A DNA stretch of 63,698 nucleotides, the filler included, from Asterionella formosa (Eukaryota), in the NCBI GenBank assembly GCA_002256025.1. It is 11 parts of 11 records of this genome, joined end to end, with 100 filler letters (N's around TTAATTAATTAA, not from the genome) between each part and the next. Parts side by side here need not be neighbours in the genome. Positions count along the whole stretch, not along the records: positions 1 to 17,939 come from NKIB01004217.1; positions 18,040 to 35,974 come from NKIB01004221.1; 9 more parts are not named here. One strand, given 5' to 3'. Of this stretch, positions 12,696 to 22,937 are shown piece by piece. Each line of letters begins with the position of its first letter. Within the stretch, counting starts at the first letter, position 1. A program made the position numbers and the translations under genes. The notes beneath the pieces are model-generated. The model had not been told where the DNA came from and did no database searches. It was given only the letters and a program-made list of their open reading frames with translations.

Positions 12696-15173
12696 TTACA
12701 GATTCGAGGGACTTGTCCGACTGAAGTCAAAGGGAACACCAGTACTTACCACTTTCAGGAAGGGGTATGTACGGCACATTCGAGAAATGATTTGTAGTTG
12801 CTGTCGCACGCTGACGGCTCCACGCTCACCTGCTAATTCCGCTAGGTCTTCTGCCACATTGCGAAGGATTTGAGCACCGAATCGTTGACGATCTTGCCAC
12901 AAGATCACCCGACATTCATGAATATGGAGCATGAGCATGCCCAAGTCATCAGCACTGAGTACTTGAGGTGCTTGGATTGTAGCGTTTCCATCCGCAAGTT
13001 TAGCTGTTCCCAATGGAGGAGGGACAGCAGGGGGGTCATCACGCATCACAAGTAGACGCTCGATATCTAAAATCACTTGACGGAATGATGCATACGTTTC
13101 TTCTCGACTCTTGCCCAACTTAAACAACACATAGACACAAAACCGGTAAACAGAACGAGCTCCGTAAGCAATGAGAAAAGCGGGTGTGACAGCAGCCAAG
13201 TTCATGTTGATTTCGTTACTTTTCAACATTTCATCCATGGCATACATTGCATTCATCATCTCCTTTTTTATAAATTGCATCTCAATAATGCTCATTCGTA
13301 CCACGCTGTTTATTTCGTAAAATGTTTTCATGTTCTCTTCCTTCTTCAATTCAATCAATGACATGTCCATTTTTTCGGCTCGATCTGCGCGCTCGGCTTT
13401 GTCCATATCAGGATAGCAGTCATCTAACCATGCCCGAATCATTTTCTTACAAGCTCCTATAGCCTCTGCTCGGGCTTTGTGATCACTTATGGACTCACGA
13501 CCATTTCGAGTAAACAATTCGGCAACGATAGATCGAAGCGGGACTGAAACATGCTCCTGATAGAAATCGAGAAACTTTTCTTTGATAAGTTTAGCCAGTT
13601 GAAACCCGTATCCATTCTTGAGCAGCTTATAAAATACATAAGCAGCAACTGGGGCACCCGTTGCAGTCATGTACCAATTTCGCCGAAAAGCTGACTTTGG
13701 CTTCAACTTTTCGAGTCGACGGCTCCGCTGTACATTCATAATTATTTCCATTGTGTTTAAAAGCTCGGATACTTCTAAAGCCATCAGAGGGAGGTCCGAT
13801 ATTGTCACTCGCTCAGGTTCCTCGAGATATTGTGACAAGTCATCTCCCTCTTCCTTAATTACGGACGGTCGTGATGCCCACTTGGGAAAATGATGGTCCG
13901 ATTTTTCAACACCGTTTGTAATCAGATCACCAGGACATGCATCTGTTGTCCAATTCTCCACTTGAGGTAAGGGTATTAGTCCGTTGGCCGCTCGATGGAG
14001 TTGATCGCGGACTATCCGCATTGCATCGATAGACCAAGCTGCTAATGCTGGATCATCCGTCATAATTTCTCCACCGTCAGCTTTTCTCACGAATACATGT
14101 GCATTTCCATAATACAATGAGGATTGATCCGTTTCTGCAACAGATTGGATGGATTCAGCTCGCATCAAACCAACATGAGGAGATGGAGGTGTTGGCCGAC
14201 ATAGTCGATCAATATCTGATGAGAGCCTCCTAGACCCAACGTGACCCCCTTTTGAAGTAACTGGTTCATCTCCCATAACTCCATCAAAGCCTGCTACAGC
14301 AGCCCATTGTCCACCTTGTCCTAATACCCCCCACTGAGCAACACCCTTTTGCCAAGCCGCCCGTAGCAAGTGTTCTTGCAACTCTCCAATCGCAGCACAC
14401 CTTCGTGCCAAGACGGCTTGAATCTGAGAGACTCGAAGCCCTACCAATTGATGATTGTATCCTGTGGGTGACAGCCACACTCCTGGACCTGCTTCCAACC
14501 AGCTCAACAACGGTCGCTCCCAGCGCGATGTCCAAAACTGTAATGCCTCGTGTAATTCAATAGCTTCGTCGAGTGCCAAATCACGGAGGGCTCGAATGGA
14601 ACCTTCCGCGAGCTGTGAGGCTGTTTCGGAAGAGGTAGACTTTGGGGTCTTGGGTTTTATGTTCGCATGCCATTCCATGGATTCTCCAAGCAGATCCGAG
14701 TTTTCCATGTTAACTTCTACATCATCTACAATGGGCTCTTCTTTGACGACTGGAACCAACGTCAGTAGCGACCGCACTGCATTCAGTGAGGAAGGGCACT
14801 GGTGTCTCCCTCGAACGCTGGAATATGGATTTTTGAGCATCCATTCAAGTTCAGGGTACTTGTGCACTGGTCGAATGTTCTTTCCGCTCGACAGTGGCAT
14901 CATGCTATTATGAAAGGATTCTTGTTTGGCAATGCTTTTGGATGACACCTCAAGATCGTCTGTGTATATAGATCGCACCATGCTGGCAAAGACAGCATTT
15001 GTCTGATCACTGGCATATTGCATCCCTGTTTGCATCGTCGTCGAAACGTACTGGACATATTCGTCAACGATGTAGGGTGATTTGGGGACATCCGCTTCCT
15101 TGGCTCCCCCTCCAGGACTGCTAAAGTAACCCTTCACTTTCAGAGGGACGTCCGAGATCTTTGTGGCGACCAT
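12696..15173 (-). CDS. NCA2 (nuclear control of ATPase 2) / DGS1-like mitochondrial protein
   Basis: 825-aa intronless ORF. C-terminal RRNWY-TM...MDEMLKSNEINMNLAAVTPAFL...GMLMLHIH resembles the NCA2/DGS1 family. Confidence 0.8.
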   Translation of the reverse strand: MVATKISDVPLKVKGYFSSPGGGAKEADVPKSPYIVDEYVQYVSTTMQTGMQYASDQTNAVFASMVRSIYTDDLEVSSKSIAKQESFHNSMMPLSSGKNIRPVHKYPELEWMLKNPYSSVRGRHQCPSSLNAVRSLLTLVPVVKEEPIVDDVEVNMENSDLLGESMEWHANIKPKTPKSTSSETASQLAEGSIRALRDLALDEAIELHEALQFWTSRWERPLLSWLEAGPGVWLSPTGYNHQLVGLRVSQIQAVLARRCAAIGELQEHLLRAAWQKGVAQWGVLGQGGQWAAVAGFDGVMGDEPVTSKGGHVGSRRLSSDIDRLCRPTPPSPHVGLMRAESIQSVAETDQSSLYYGNAHVFVRKADGGEIMTDDPALAAWSIDAMRIVRDQLHRAANGLIPLPQVENWTTDACPGDLITNGVEKSDHHFPKWASRPSVIKEEGDDLSQYLEEPERVTISDLPLMALEVSELLNTMEIIMNVQRSRRLEKLKPKSAFRRNWYMTATGAPVAAYVFYKLLKNGYGFQLAKLIKEKFLDFYQEHVSVPLRSIVAELFTRNGRESISDHKARAEAIGACKKMIRAWLDDCYPDMDKAERADRAEKMDMSLIELKKEENMKTFYEINSVVRMSIIEMQFIKKEMMNAMYAMDEMLKSNEINMNLAAVTPAFLIAYGARSVYRFCVYVLFKLGKSREETYASFRQVILDIERLLVMRDDPPAVPPPLGTAKLADGNATIQAPQVLSADDLGMLMLHIHECRVILWQDRQRFGAQILRNVAEDLAELAGERGAVSVRQQLQIISRMCRTYPFLKVVSTGVPFDFSRTSPSNL

Positions 15174-15868
15174 TTGTGACTGAGTGATGGCAAATAATTT
15201 GCTGCGGAACTGACAACTGTGGTGTCACTCAAAAATCAAAATTCCCACTCTGTCCTTAGCCTGTTGGCTAGCGATCCTCTACTGCCTTTTCTCGAAGCAA
15301 TGTTACAATTAATTTGACCTATCACAGTGCCAGTAGCAGATATGACGGATGCCCGCGAGGATGTCTTGAACGAAGAAGGAAGGAGAGGCCCAGCCGGGAC
15401 GAACCCAATCAGACGCTGTCAGTGACAATGATGACATTTCGGCAAAACTAAAATATTTGTACCAGCATGTAGTGGCAGGGTTGTGCCCCCCCCCCCTTCG
15501 TAAGGTTCCTGCATTTGAACCCCTAAATCGAGGTAGGGTTATAACAAATAATGAGTCAGACTAATCAAACAAATAGTTTGCACAAATTAAATGAAAACGA
15601 ATAACGCTCAACGGAGCTTCACCATTAGACACATTTCCATATGTACTGTAAAACCCGGTGTCTTGTACCCCCTTGTACATCTGGCACAACACTCCCAAAG
15701 ATTTTATGTGTACAGAAAAAATAACATAACCTAAACGTATTCTAGTTATTAATTTTTATTTTCGTATATTACTGTTCCCTGTTAAGTATCATCACATGCC
15801 GGGTTTATGAAAAATATTCTCACGTACAGGTATGCAGGTACCGGTAGGTGTATTAGTAATGCAGCAAC

Positions 15869-16264
15869 ATGAGAATTGTGGATGACATTCATGATGGCGA
15901 AATCCTCGGCATCAGAGGTACTACCAATGGAAGAAGCTGCAAGCAGCATGCCTGCTGTGGATCAATCGTGAGGCCTAATGATTGTGTTCGGTTCCAGGCA
16001 TCAGTGGTCCCAATTGATGGAGTTGCTGATCAGGCAGGTATCAAGGCTGTTCTGATCCTTGATGGGACGGAACTTTGCACCATTGGATTCCTTGACAAAA
16101 ATATTGCAGCTTTGAAAAAAACAAGCGACAAGTTTGTCAACAAGTTTGCTCAAGTCATTGAGCTCTATGATTCTAGTGAAAATGCTGCCAAAAGGGCAAA
16201 AAGCCATAATGACCTTGGAGTTTGTTCATTCTGGCTTCTTGAGGACATCCAGATTCAGGAATAG
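15869..16264 (+). CDS. Hypothetical 131-aa protein with N-terminal Cys/His cluster and HIRAN-like beta motif
   Basis: GIRGTTNGRSCKQHACCG...IKAVLILDGTELCTIGFL...FAQVIELY. Open frame with ATG and stop inside AT-rich, TE-like sequence. Confidence 0.6.
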   Translation: MRIVDDIHDGEILGIRGTTNGRSCKQHACCGSIVRPNDCVRFQASVVPIDGVADQAGIKAVLILDGTELCTIGFLDKNIAALKKTSDKFVNKFAQVIELYDSSENAAKRAKSHNDLGVCSFWLLEDIQIQE

Positions 16265-16509
16265 ATGTTATGAAAACTGGACAAGCCTTCAAGTCCTTCA
16301 ACCAATCTACATTACATCTAAGCCGCGTATTATGTGAAGTGACCATCACGTAAATAAGCCTAGTTGATTTTGAATGGATCACATGAATTAGTTGAATACA
16401 TCAAAATGCTTACTTGAATGTATCTATATATTATCTGAATACATCACGTTCATTTTTTGATCAGAGTATCATGCATGCATTCCTGATCATCACTACATTA
16501 CGTGATCAC

Positions 16510-16587
16510 CTTCACATAATTATTTGAAATACTTCACATAATTATTTGAAATACTTCAATTAATTATTTGAAATACTTCAATTAATT
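16510..16587. repeat. 22-bp AT-rich minisatellite, ~3.5 copies
   Basis: CTTCACATAATTATTTGAAATA repeated with small variations. Confidence 0.9.
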
Positions 16588-17185
16588 CTGTAATTCAGTT
16601 CACATTGCCTTAAATTTTTGTTCACGTAATTCTATAATATAGTTCACGTAATGTATTAAATTTTTTTACGTAATTTAAAAGTACTATCAAATAATGTTGA
16701 TTACTAATTCAACAACCGGTATTTCACATTACATGGGAAACAAATCTCGATATGCAATCAAACAAAGCTGTTCTATCAGAATGGAATCTTCAGTCTTGAG
16801 AAGGCAGGCATTATGAGACATCTGTAAGGACATCGCAAGACAAGGAGAAGCCATTCATTCAGAAGGGGGAAATTATTCACTCTTGAACAGGCATCATTCT
16901 ACGAAGTTGCAACATGAATGCATCCTCACACACTGATTTCCTTCTTGTCCTAGAAATGACTTCTTCATTGACCTGCAGAGATTTTCATAACAACAGTGTG
17001 TCAGTAATGTATATGATAGAACTAGCAACAGCAGAAAGCAACACACAGTTCATTCCAGACCTCATTGTCCCTGCCTGTTGTCAACAACAATGCGTGAGCT
17101 GACAAGCCATACTAGCATTTAGGTAAACAACAAGAACACACTCACCATTCAACTGTATTGCAGAGTTCTTTTATTTGAGTCGAGG

Positions 17186-17604
17186 ATTCAATTGACATTG
17201 CAGCAAATCCTTTCAATTCAGGAGCATTCGGATGAAATCCAGGATTGATTATTGTTGCTTTCTGATTCTGTGTTAATGTCATATGATAACAGGGCTCCGT
17301 AAATCATGAGTTGTTAGTGTGCCTTGGCGTGCTGTTTGTCATGCTGCCAGCTGCTGCTGTATTTCTACTGAATTATTGAACAACTCGCACATAAAGATTC
17401 GCATAGTCGTTCAATAATTCAGTAGAAATGCAGCATCAGCTGGCAGCATGACAAACAGCACGCCAAGGCACACTATCAACTCATGATTTACGGAGCCCTG
17501 TTATCATATGACATTAACACAGAATCAGAAAGCATCAATACTCCATCCTGGATTTCATCCGAATGCTCCTGCACTGAAAGGGTTTGCTGCAATGTCAATT
17601 GAAT
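17186..17604. repeat. Long inverted repeat: two 200-bp arms, 19-nt loop
   Basis: 17186-17385 against the reverse complement of 17405-17604 is ungapped with about 10 mismatches by eye (~95%). Confidence 0.95.
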
Positions 17605-17939
17605 GTAGAGGAAGATCAGTGTGAGTTTTCTCAATGTATATTGTTCCTGTTAGCTAGTCATGTTACATTGACACAACGACACACAATTCCACCGTATCCT
17701 CTTGCTTCACTTACCACAACGCAATGCAACTGATGCATAAGTCTGTAATAGTAACTTGTCAGTAAGCCAAATTCTTGAATAAGTAAGTTTCAGGTATCCA
17801 ATGTTGTCGAATAAAACTTACCGGTTCATTTTTGTCATCTTAACTTTGAGAGAAGGTACACGTTTTGTCAGTTTTGTTCCAACAGAAGTGAATAGGTCCA
17901 ACGAGCGACAAGAGCACTTACGCAATTTGGTTTTGTTTT

Positions 17940-18039
17940 NNNNNNNNNNNNNNNNNNNNNNNNNNNNNNNNNNNNNNNNNNNNTTAATTAATTAANNNNN
18001 NNNNNNNNNNNNNNNNNNNNNNNNNNNNNNNNNNNNNNN
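17940..18039. other. Artificial contig-joining spacer (first of 10)
   Basis: 44 N + TTAATTAATTAA (stops in all six frames) + 44 N. Identical spacers start at 35975, 53991, 55205, 56419, 57633, 58847, 60061, 61274 and 62487. Confidence 0.99.
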
Positions 18040-18223
18040 GGCGTTAACATGATCTGCTATGCTGGGATGTCTATCCTTGAGTCGAGAACAGGATGTGCCT
18101 TGCGGCCAGAATTACTACTGACACCAAGAATTATTGAACGTCTCGAGAACAAATGCAACGCGGCAACAAGCACAAAAAGCACGTCGTGCGATTACATAAC
18201 TAGTCGTGCCGGTATTACATCTC

Positions 18224-21200
18224 TGTGAAGAATATAGTATCGATGGCTACTGTAACCAGTCACAAGGACTGTGGACGCGACTGTAGTCAAATGAGTCAAA
18301 ATGGTCCATCCCCATGTCAAGAAGCTTGCTAACGAGATTGATGTTTTAGATCAATCAGAAGGGGGTTTGCATCAGCGAAAAGGGAACATGAAGAATGGGA
18401 AATTGTGATAAATGGGATTAATACTGGGACTTAGCTAGTTTAAGCTTATAGCTGGTGGTAGATAAATAAGAAACAGTGAGAATTGACAGGAGAGTAAGTC
18501 AATAGCGAAAACTATCACAAAGGCTAGCAGCAAAAGATAACAGTACTAGCAGTACAACTGGCAAAACCTAAGTTAGAGGATAGCCGTCTGACGGGAAGAA
18601 GTACATGACCTTTTAACATGCTTTAAAGCAAGAACGGTCAATGCTTTGAGCGAGGCTACATGCTACACCCTGCAGAAACGATGGGAAGTGACAAAGCTTC
18701 ATCTGGGAGTTCGCAAACATTCAATGGGCAAGATGCCAAATGTCACATGTAGAAAGCGAGGTTGGTATCATCCTTGTGCTACAAGAACTTTCAATGAATA
18801 CTCAATGGTGACAAACAATCAAGAGGAGGAGAGAAAGACCTAAACAAGGGGGGTGATAAAATCATGTCGAGCGAATGTCCCCAGAATATGAGCTGCTCCA
18901 AGCGGCAATGACCATTGTTGCGAAGCTTAATATCATTGCAGTTCCTCACCATGTCATATCTCATCAAGATAAGGAAGTCGATTTTCTATTACTACCCTTG
19001 GAGGCTAAACTTAATTGTGACATCGACCGCCTTGCAGGAACAGTGCGTGGTACACTCTTGTGCAAGCAACCCATTCACAGCTAGATGACTCCTCGACACT
19101 ACAACTTCCCCCAGGCCACTGGGCTAGCTACATTACCAATTGCTCACAATTGGATTACAAACCACTTACCCCTTGCTGTACATGAGGAGCGCCATCGAGA
19201 GACCGTTGAGCACTATATGCTTAAGCACACAATGGGATGGGAGACAATGGCGATCTATAACATGATGGATTGGTCAGCCTGACAGGCAGCATGCCGGAAA
19301 ACTTTTAGAAAAGGCTCCCAAAAGACGACGATTTTTAAACTCGAATTTGATCTCTTCACCACAATGAAACGTCGCCGTAAGTACAAACCGACCAACGACG
19401 GCCGGTGTCCTCACTCGCTGTGGCCGCTTCAACGAAGATTTTCCTCATGTCATCAGATGCCCACACAACCGCATCACCCGCCAAAATCTTGGACTGATCT
19501 AGTTGGCTTTCTCCATGGCCGTTATTCATGTCCCTTACTGATCACAGTTTTTTCTAAGCAAGGGGATGGAGCAATGACTTGCCGAGCAATAGATGACAAC
19601 TTGTTGGTTGGGGGACGTCCCCACTCAGGACAACAAGATTGGACAAGGCATGTACAAAGCCTTATAAACCAGCCACCAACAGCAGGATATTGGTTGGAAC
19701 CAATCCCTATGAGGCTGAGTTGGCAAATATTGGGGCATTGCAAACTCGAGCGAAGTACTGTTGGCAGTGCAGCATTCCTTCCGATTCTACTATAGAAGAC
19801 GATAAATGGACAATGAGTTTGGTGAATGAATTGTGGCTCTTTAGCATAGACCAATGGAAAGAACGCAATAATTTTATTTACGGGAAGACATCAGAAGACT
19901 AACAAATTGAATACCTTGGCAAGACCGCAGATGCCACAATTACAAAATATTGTAAGCATATGGATAGTTGGGTAAACCCTATGGATCGCCATCTCTTTCT
20001 CCTTCCCTGTTAAGTTCGCAAAACGAGGCAAAACTTAACCCAGAAGTCGTTATGGATCAGAACGGTTGAAAAATCTCTTCGCTCATGTGAGGACCACACA
20101 GCGAAAACACTTCTTGGAGACAGAGCTCAGCTCCGTCTCGCCCAAAAATGGGAAACTTTGGAAGGACAGCGTCCGAGAGTGCATTTTCGACACCCGTAAT
20201 CTGCTCTCACTCTTCCATTCTCGTGTCCCCTCGGGTGGCACAAGAAGAAGTGCGATTACTATTTAGTTTTAACGTACTATAAAACTTCATTTCCAATAAT
20301 CATGCATAGGATGCCAAGGAGAAGCGCGTCCGAAGGAACATTGCGGTTTTTGACTACTATGCAAGTTTGATAATGATGGCATGCCAGAGTGAGCGATTCA
20401 GACATGTCAATAATGCCAGAAGCGCCGAGTTTCCTATTGGCAATGCAAGCTAAAGAAGCATGCGACAAGCTCATTTCAACATATGAGTCAGGCAACATGG
20501 CGAACATTATTGCCTTGTCCAACCAATGGCCAACCAATGGACAAAGTGCACTCTTGGGGAAAATGAGAATCCCGACAGCTGGTGTGTGGAGTTGGATCGT
20601 ATCTGGCTGGCTGGGAGCGATTGGCTCATACTAGCTCCGCCGTTTCGGATGGTGCCCATGTGTCATACATCATCAATAACAACCTACCAGAAAGCTACAA
20701 GAGTTTGATAGTAGGAAGGTTCGGCCTGGCGCACAACCCACTAACGGTCGGCCGAGGAGATTAAGACAGACATTTGGGACTTCTACTATGATTTATGTGT
20801 CCGGAATGACCTCAAAGTGCCTAACAAGAACAAAAGCGAACTGGAATTCTACAAGAAGCAAAGGCAAGTTCAAAGGCGACTGCCGTAAGTGTTGTAAGTA
20901 TGGCCATAACGCAGCTGACTGGTCTGTTGCACCAAGGGCAATATTGCCGATAAGGAGGAGCTCACTCCAGAGCAGAAAGAAAAGGAAAACGATCAAGTGT
21001 TCCAAGTGCCAACACAAGGAACATCACGCAAGTGAGTGCACTAGTAACAGTGCATCTATACTATATAATAAAAACGAAGAGAACAACATAACTACATCTA
21101 CCCAGCAAGAAATGATCGAGGCCACCTCGCTTGTGATTGCAGAAATCACTGGTTGTTAGACAGCATTGCTATGATGTTCCACATCTGCACAGACGCACTC

Positions 21201-21800
21201 ATGATGGAGGAAAAACAAAAGTAAGTGAAACAGTCGTGGCAGGGAATGGAACTGAGATAGTCTCCTCGACTGCCTCTGGAACCATGACCCTGACAACTAG
21301 CTACTACAGACAAAGGAAAACGCTTGAAACTCACCGACATGCGGCTTTATGCACCGGAGTTCAAGAAGAACATCATCAGTGTCTCAAGAATGATCGACAA
21401 GGGCAATCAAGTGATCTTTGAGGACGATAGGATGATGATACGAAACAAGTGTAGTTTTTTGAACTGACAAAGGGACAAAACTCGAAAATTAGGGCAATCT
21501 ATCATGTCAAAGGCAAGCCGATCATCAAGAAAATGGTGATTGCCATACAAATGTGAACGTTGATCAACTACAAGAGAATACTACATAAAAATCGATTGAC
21601 GAATGCATCAAAAATGATTGGACAAAAGTTGTGGCAAAGACAACAAAGAAAGGAAAGAATCAATGGATTAAAAAAAGGTGAGCTTCGAAAGAAATATGTG
21701 ATGGTTGATATTAATGAAGCGCATACGAAGTATGTCCATTGCGATGATGAAAGGGAGAATACTAAACAATGGAAAAAGTTATGTGAGAATAGTGGTATGA
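18224..21800 (+). mobile_element. Decayed Ty1/copia (CoDi-like) retrotransposon: 5' LTR (~18224-18558), gag split by a LINE, zinc knuckles, pol 5' remnant
   Basis: LTR starts TGTGAAGAATATAG and is homologous to 57199-56860 (-). The gag N-terminus (TFNGQDAK...LCYKNF...ILNGD) resumes after 20304 (DAKEKRVRRN...AEFPIGNA...CDKLISTYE). Knuckle-like motifs CRKCCKYGH and CSKCQHKEHHASEC. Pol remnant VAGNG...LYAPEFKKNIISVS...INEAH. Confidence 0.8.
18867..20297 (+). mobile_element. 5'-truncated, decayed non-LTR retrotransposon (RNase H + C-terminal Zn-finger region, Ambal-like)
   Basis: RNase H end HVISHQD...LNCDIDRLA, a frameshifted CP..CGRFNED..HVIRCP knuckle, and LWLFSIDQWKERNNFIYG. Flanked by direct AATCATG (18860-18866 and 20298-20304). 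Confidence 0.8.
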
Positions 21801-22140
21801 TTGTATTTGGATAAAATATGATTTGATCATGAATGAAAATATCCAGTCATCGACAACCGGTAATTCTTCTACTCACAAGGTCTCATACATAGTGGGCTCT
21901 CCCTGTTGCCTGGAATGTGAGATGAGACATAGCAACTATGTCTGCACTCCCCACAAAATTACCCAATAAACCTCCAGTAGTTAAAAAAATAAAGAATCAT
22001 TAGTTCATCAAAAAAAACGCTGACCTCGAAAGCGCCCTTGTTGAAACAGAAGACCGGCTTGAGCAGCCAGTGCTGACTACAAAAGCAAGCTCAGGAGCCA
22101 AAGGAATGATAATACTGTGTTGCTAATGCACCAAAAAAGG

Positions 22141-22375
22141 GGGGAATGGCTTAGTGGTTAGCACACTCACTGTGGTGGCGGGTTCGACACCAGCATTCTC
22201 CACCTTTCTTTTTCATGTAGTCCCTAGGGTTCTGGGGAAAGCGGCTGACGAAAAGACTGGTCCCGTTGTGCCATACAGACGAATAAAACTGGTACTAATT
22301 CTGTCCATCTATTTGGTGGACCCGAGTGCAATTATTGGATAGCTTTAATGTACTATAAAATTTAATTGACATTTT
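22141..22375 (+). mobile_element. tRNA(Ala)-derived SINE with 17-bp TSD
   Basis: Head GGGGAAT...CATTCTCCA forms an acceptor-like stem. A box TGGCTTAGTGG (22147-22157), B box GGTTCGACACC (22181-22191). TSD TAATGCACCAAAAAAGG (22124-22140) and TAATACACCAAAAAAGG (22376-22392). Absent from the neighbouring repeat unit. Second copy at 26087. Confidence 0.85.
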
Positions 22376-22620
22376 TAATACACCAAAAAAGGTCGTCCGA
22401 AAAAGCAGAAATCGGGAAACTTTCATTGCCTGGCGCATTACAATAGTTCATCAAACAAACCGCTGACCTCGAAAGCAACCTTGTTGAAACAGAAAGCTGG
22501 CTTGAGCAGTGCTGACTACGAAAGCAAGCTCAGGAGCCAAAGGAAGGATAACACTGCGTTAATTCACGAAAAAAGGTCGTCCGAAAAAGAAGAAATTGGG
22601 AAACTTTCATCGCCCGGCGC

Positions 22621-22937
22621 ACCACTTACTTGCGCAGCCAAGCACCAAGCCCATGCCACAGTCCCCTTCAATGGCTTCTACTGCATACACCATTGCTGGA
22701 CCTATTTCCTGGTCACCATTATCACTGTCGCTCTGTGGGCCTCTACTACCGCCCTCATCAGAACATATTTAGGTTTTCTTCCCTCTGATGCTGTCAGTGC
22801 CCACTCTCCTCATGCGTGCGGCGCTATGGACCTACATTGCTTGCGCTCATGTCGATACCAACCGCATCTGCTTGATTGTCCCCTGCTGGCGCTCCAATGA
22901 AATGATGCGTTACTTACATCTAAAAGCCCAGCACCCC
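22621..22937 (+). pseudogene. C-terminal fragment of a DIRS/Ngaro-type tyrosine recombinase
   Basis: Across frameshifts it reads LGFLPSDAVSAHS..ACGAM...AHVDTNRICLI..WRSNEMMRYLHLKAQ, matching the HSLRxGGA...GRWxS...RYL catalytic region of YR retroelements. Confidence 0.65.

Noticed and set aside
22141..22202. Functional tRNA-Ala gene
   Set aside because: The anticodon arm is shortened or degenerate, and it is followed by a conserved body and flanked by a TSD, so a SINE fits better.
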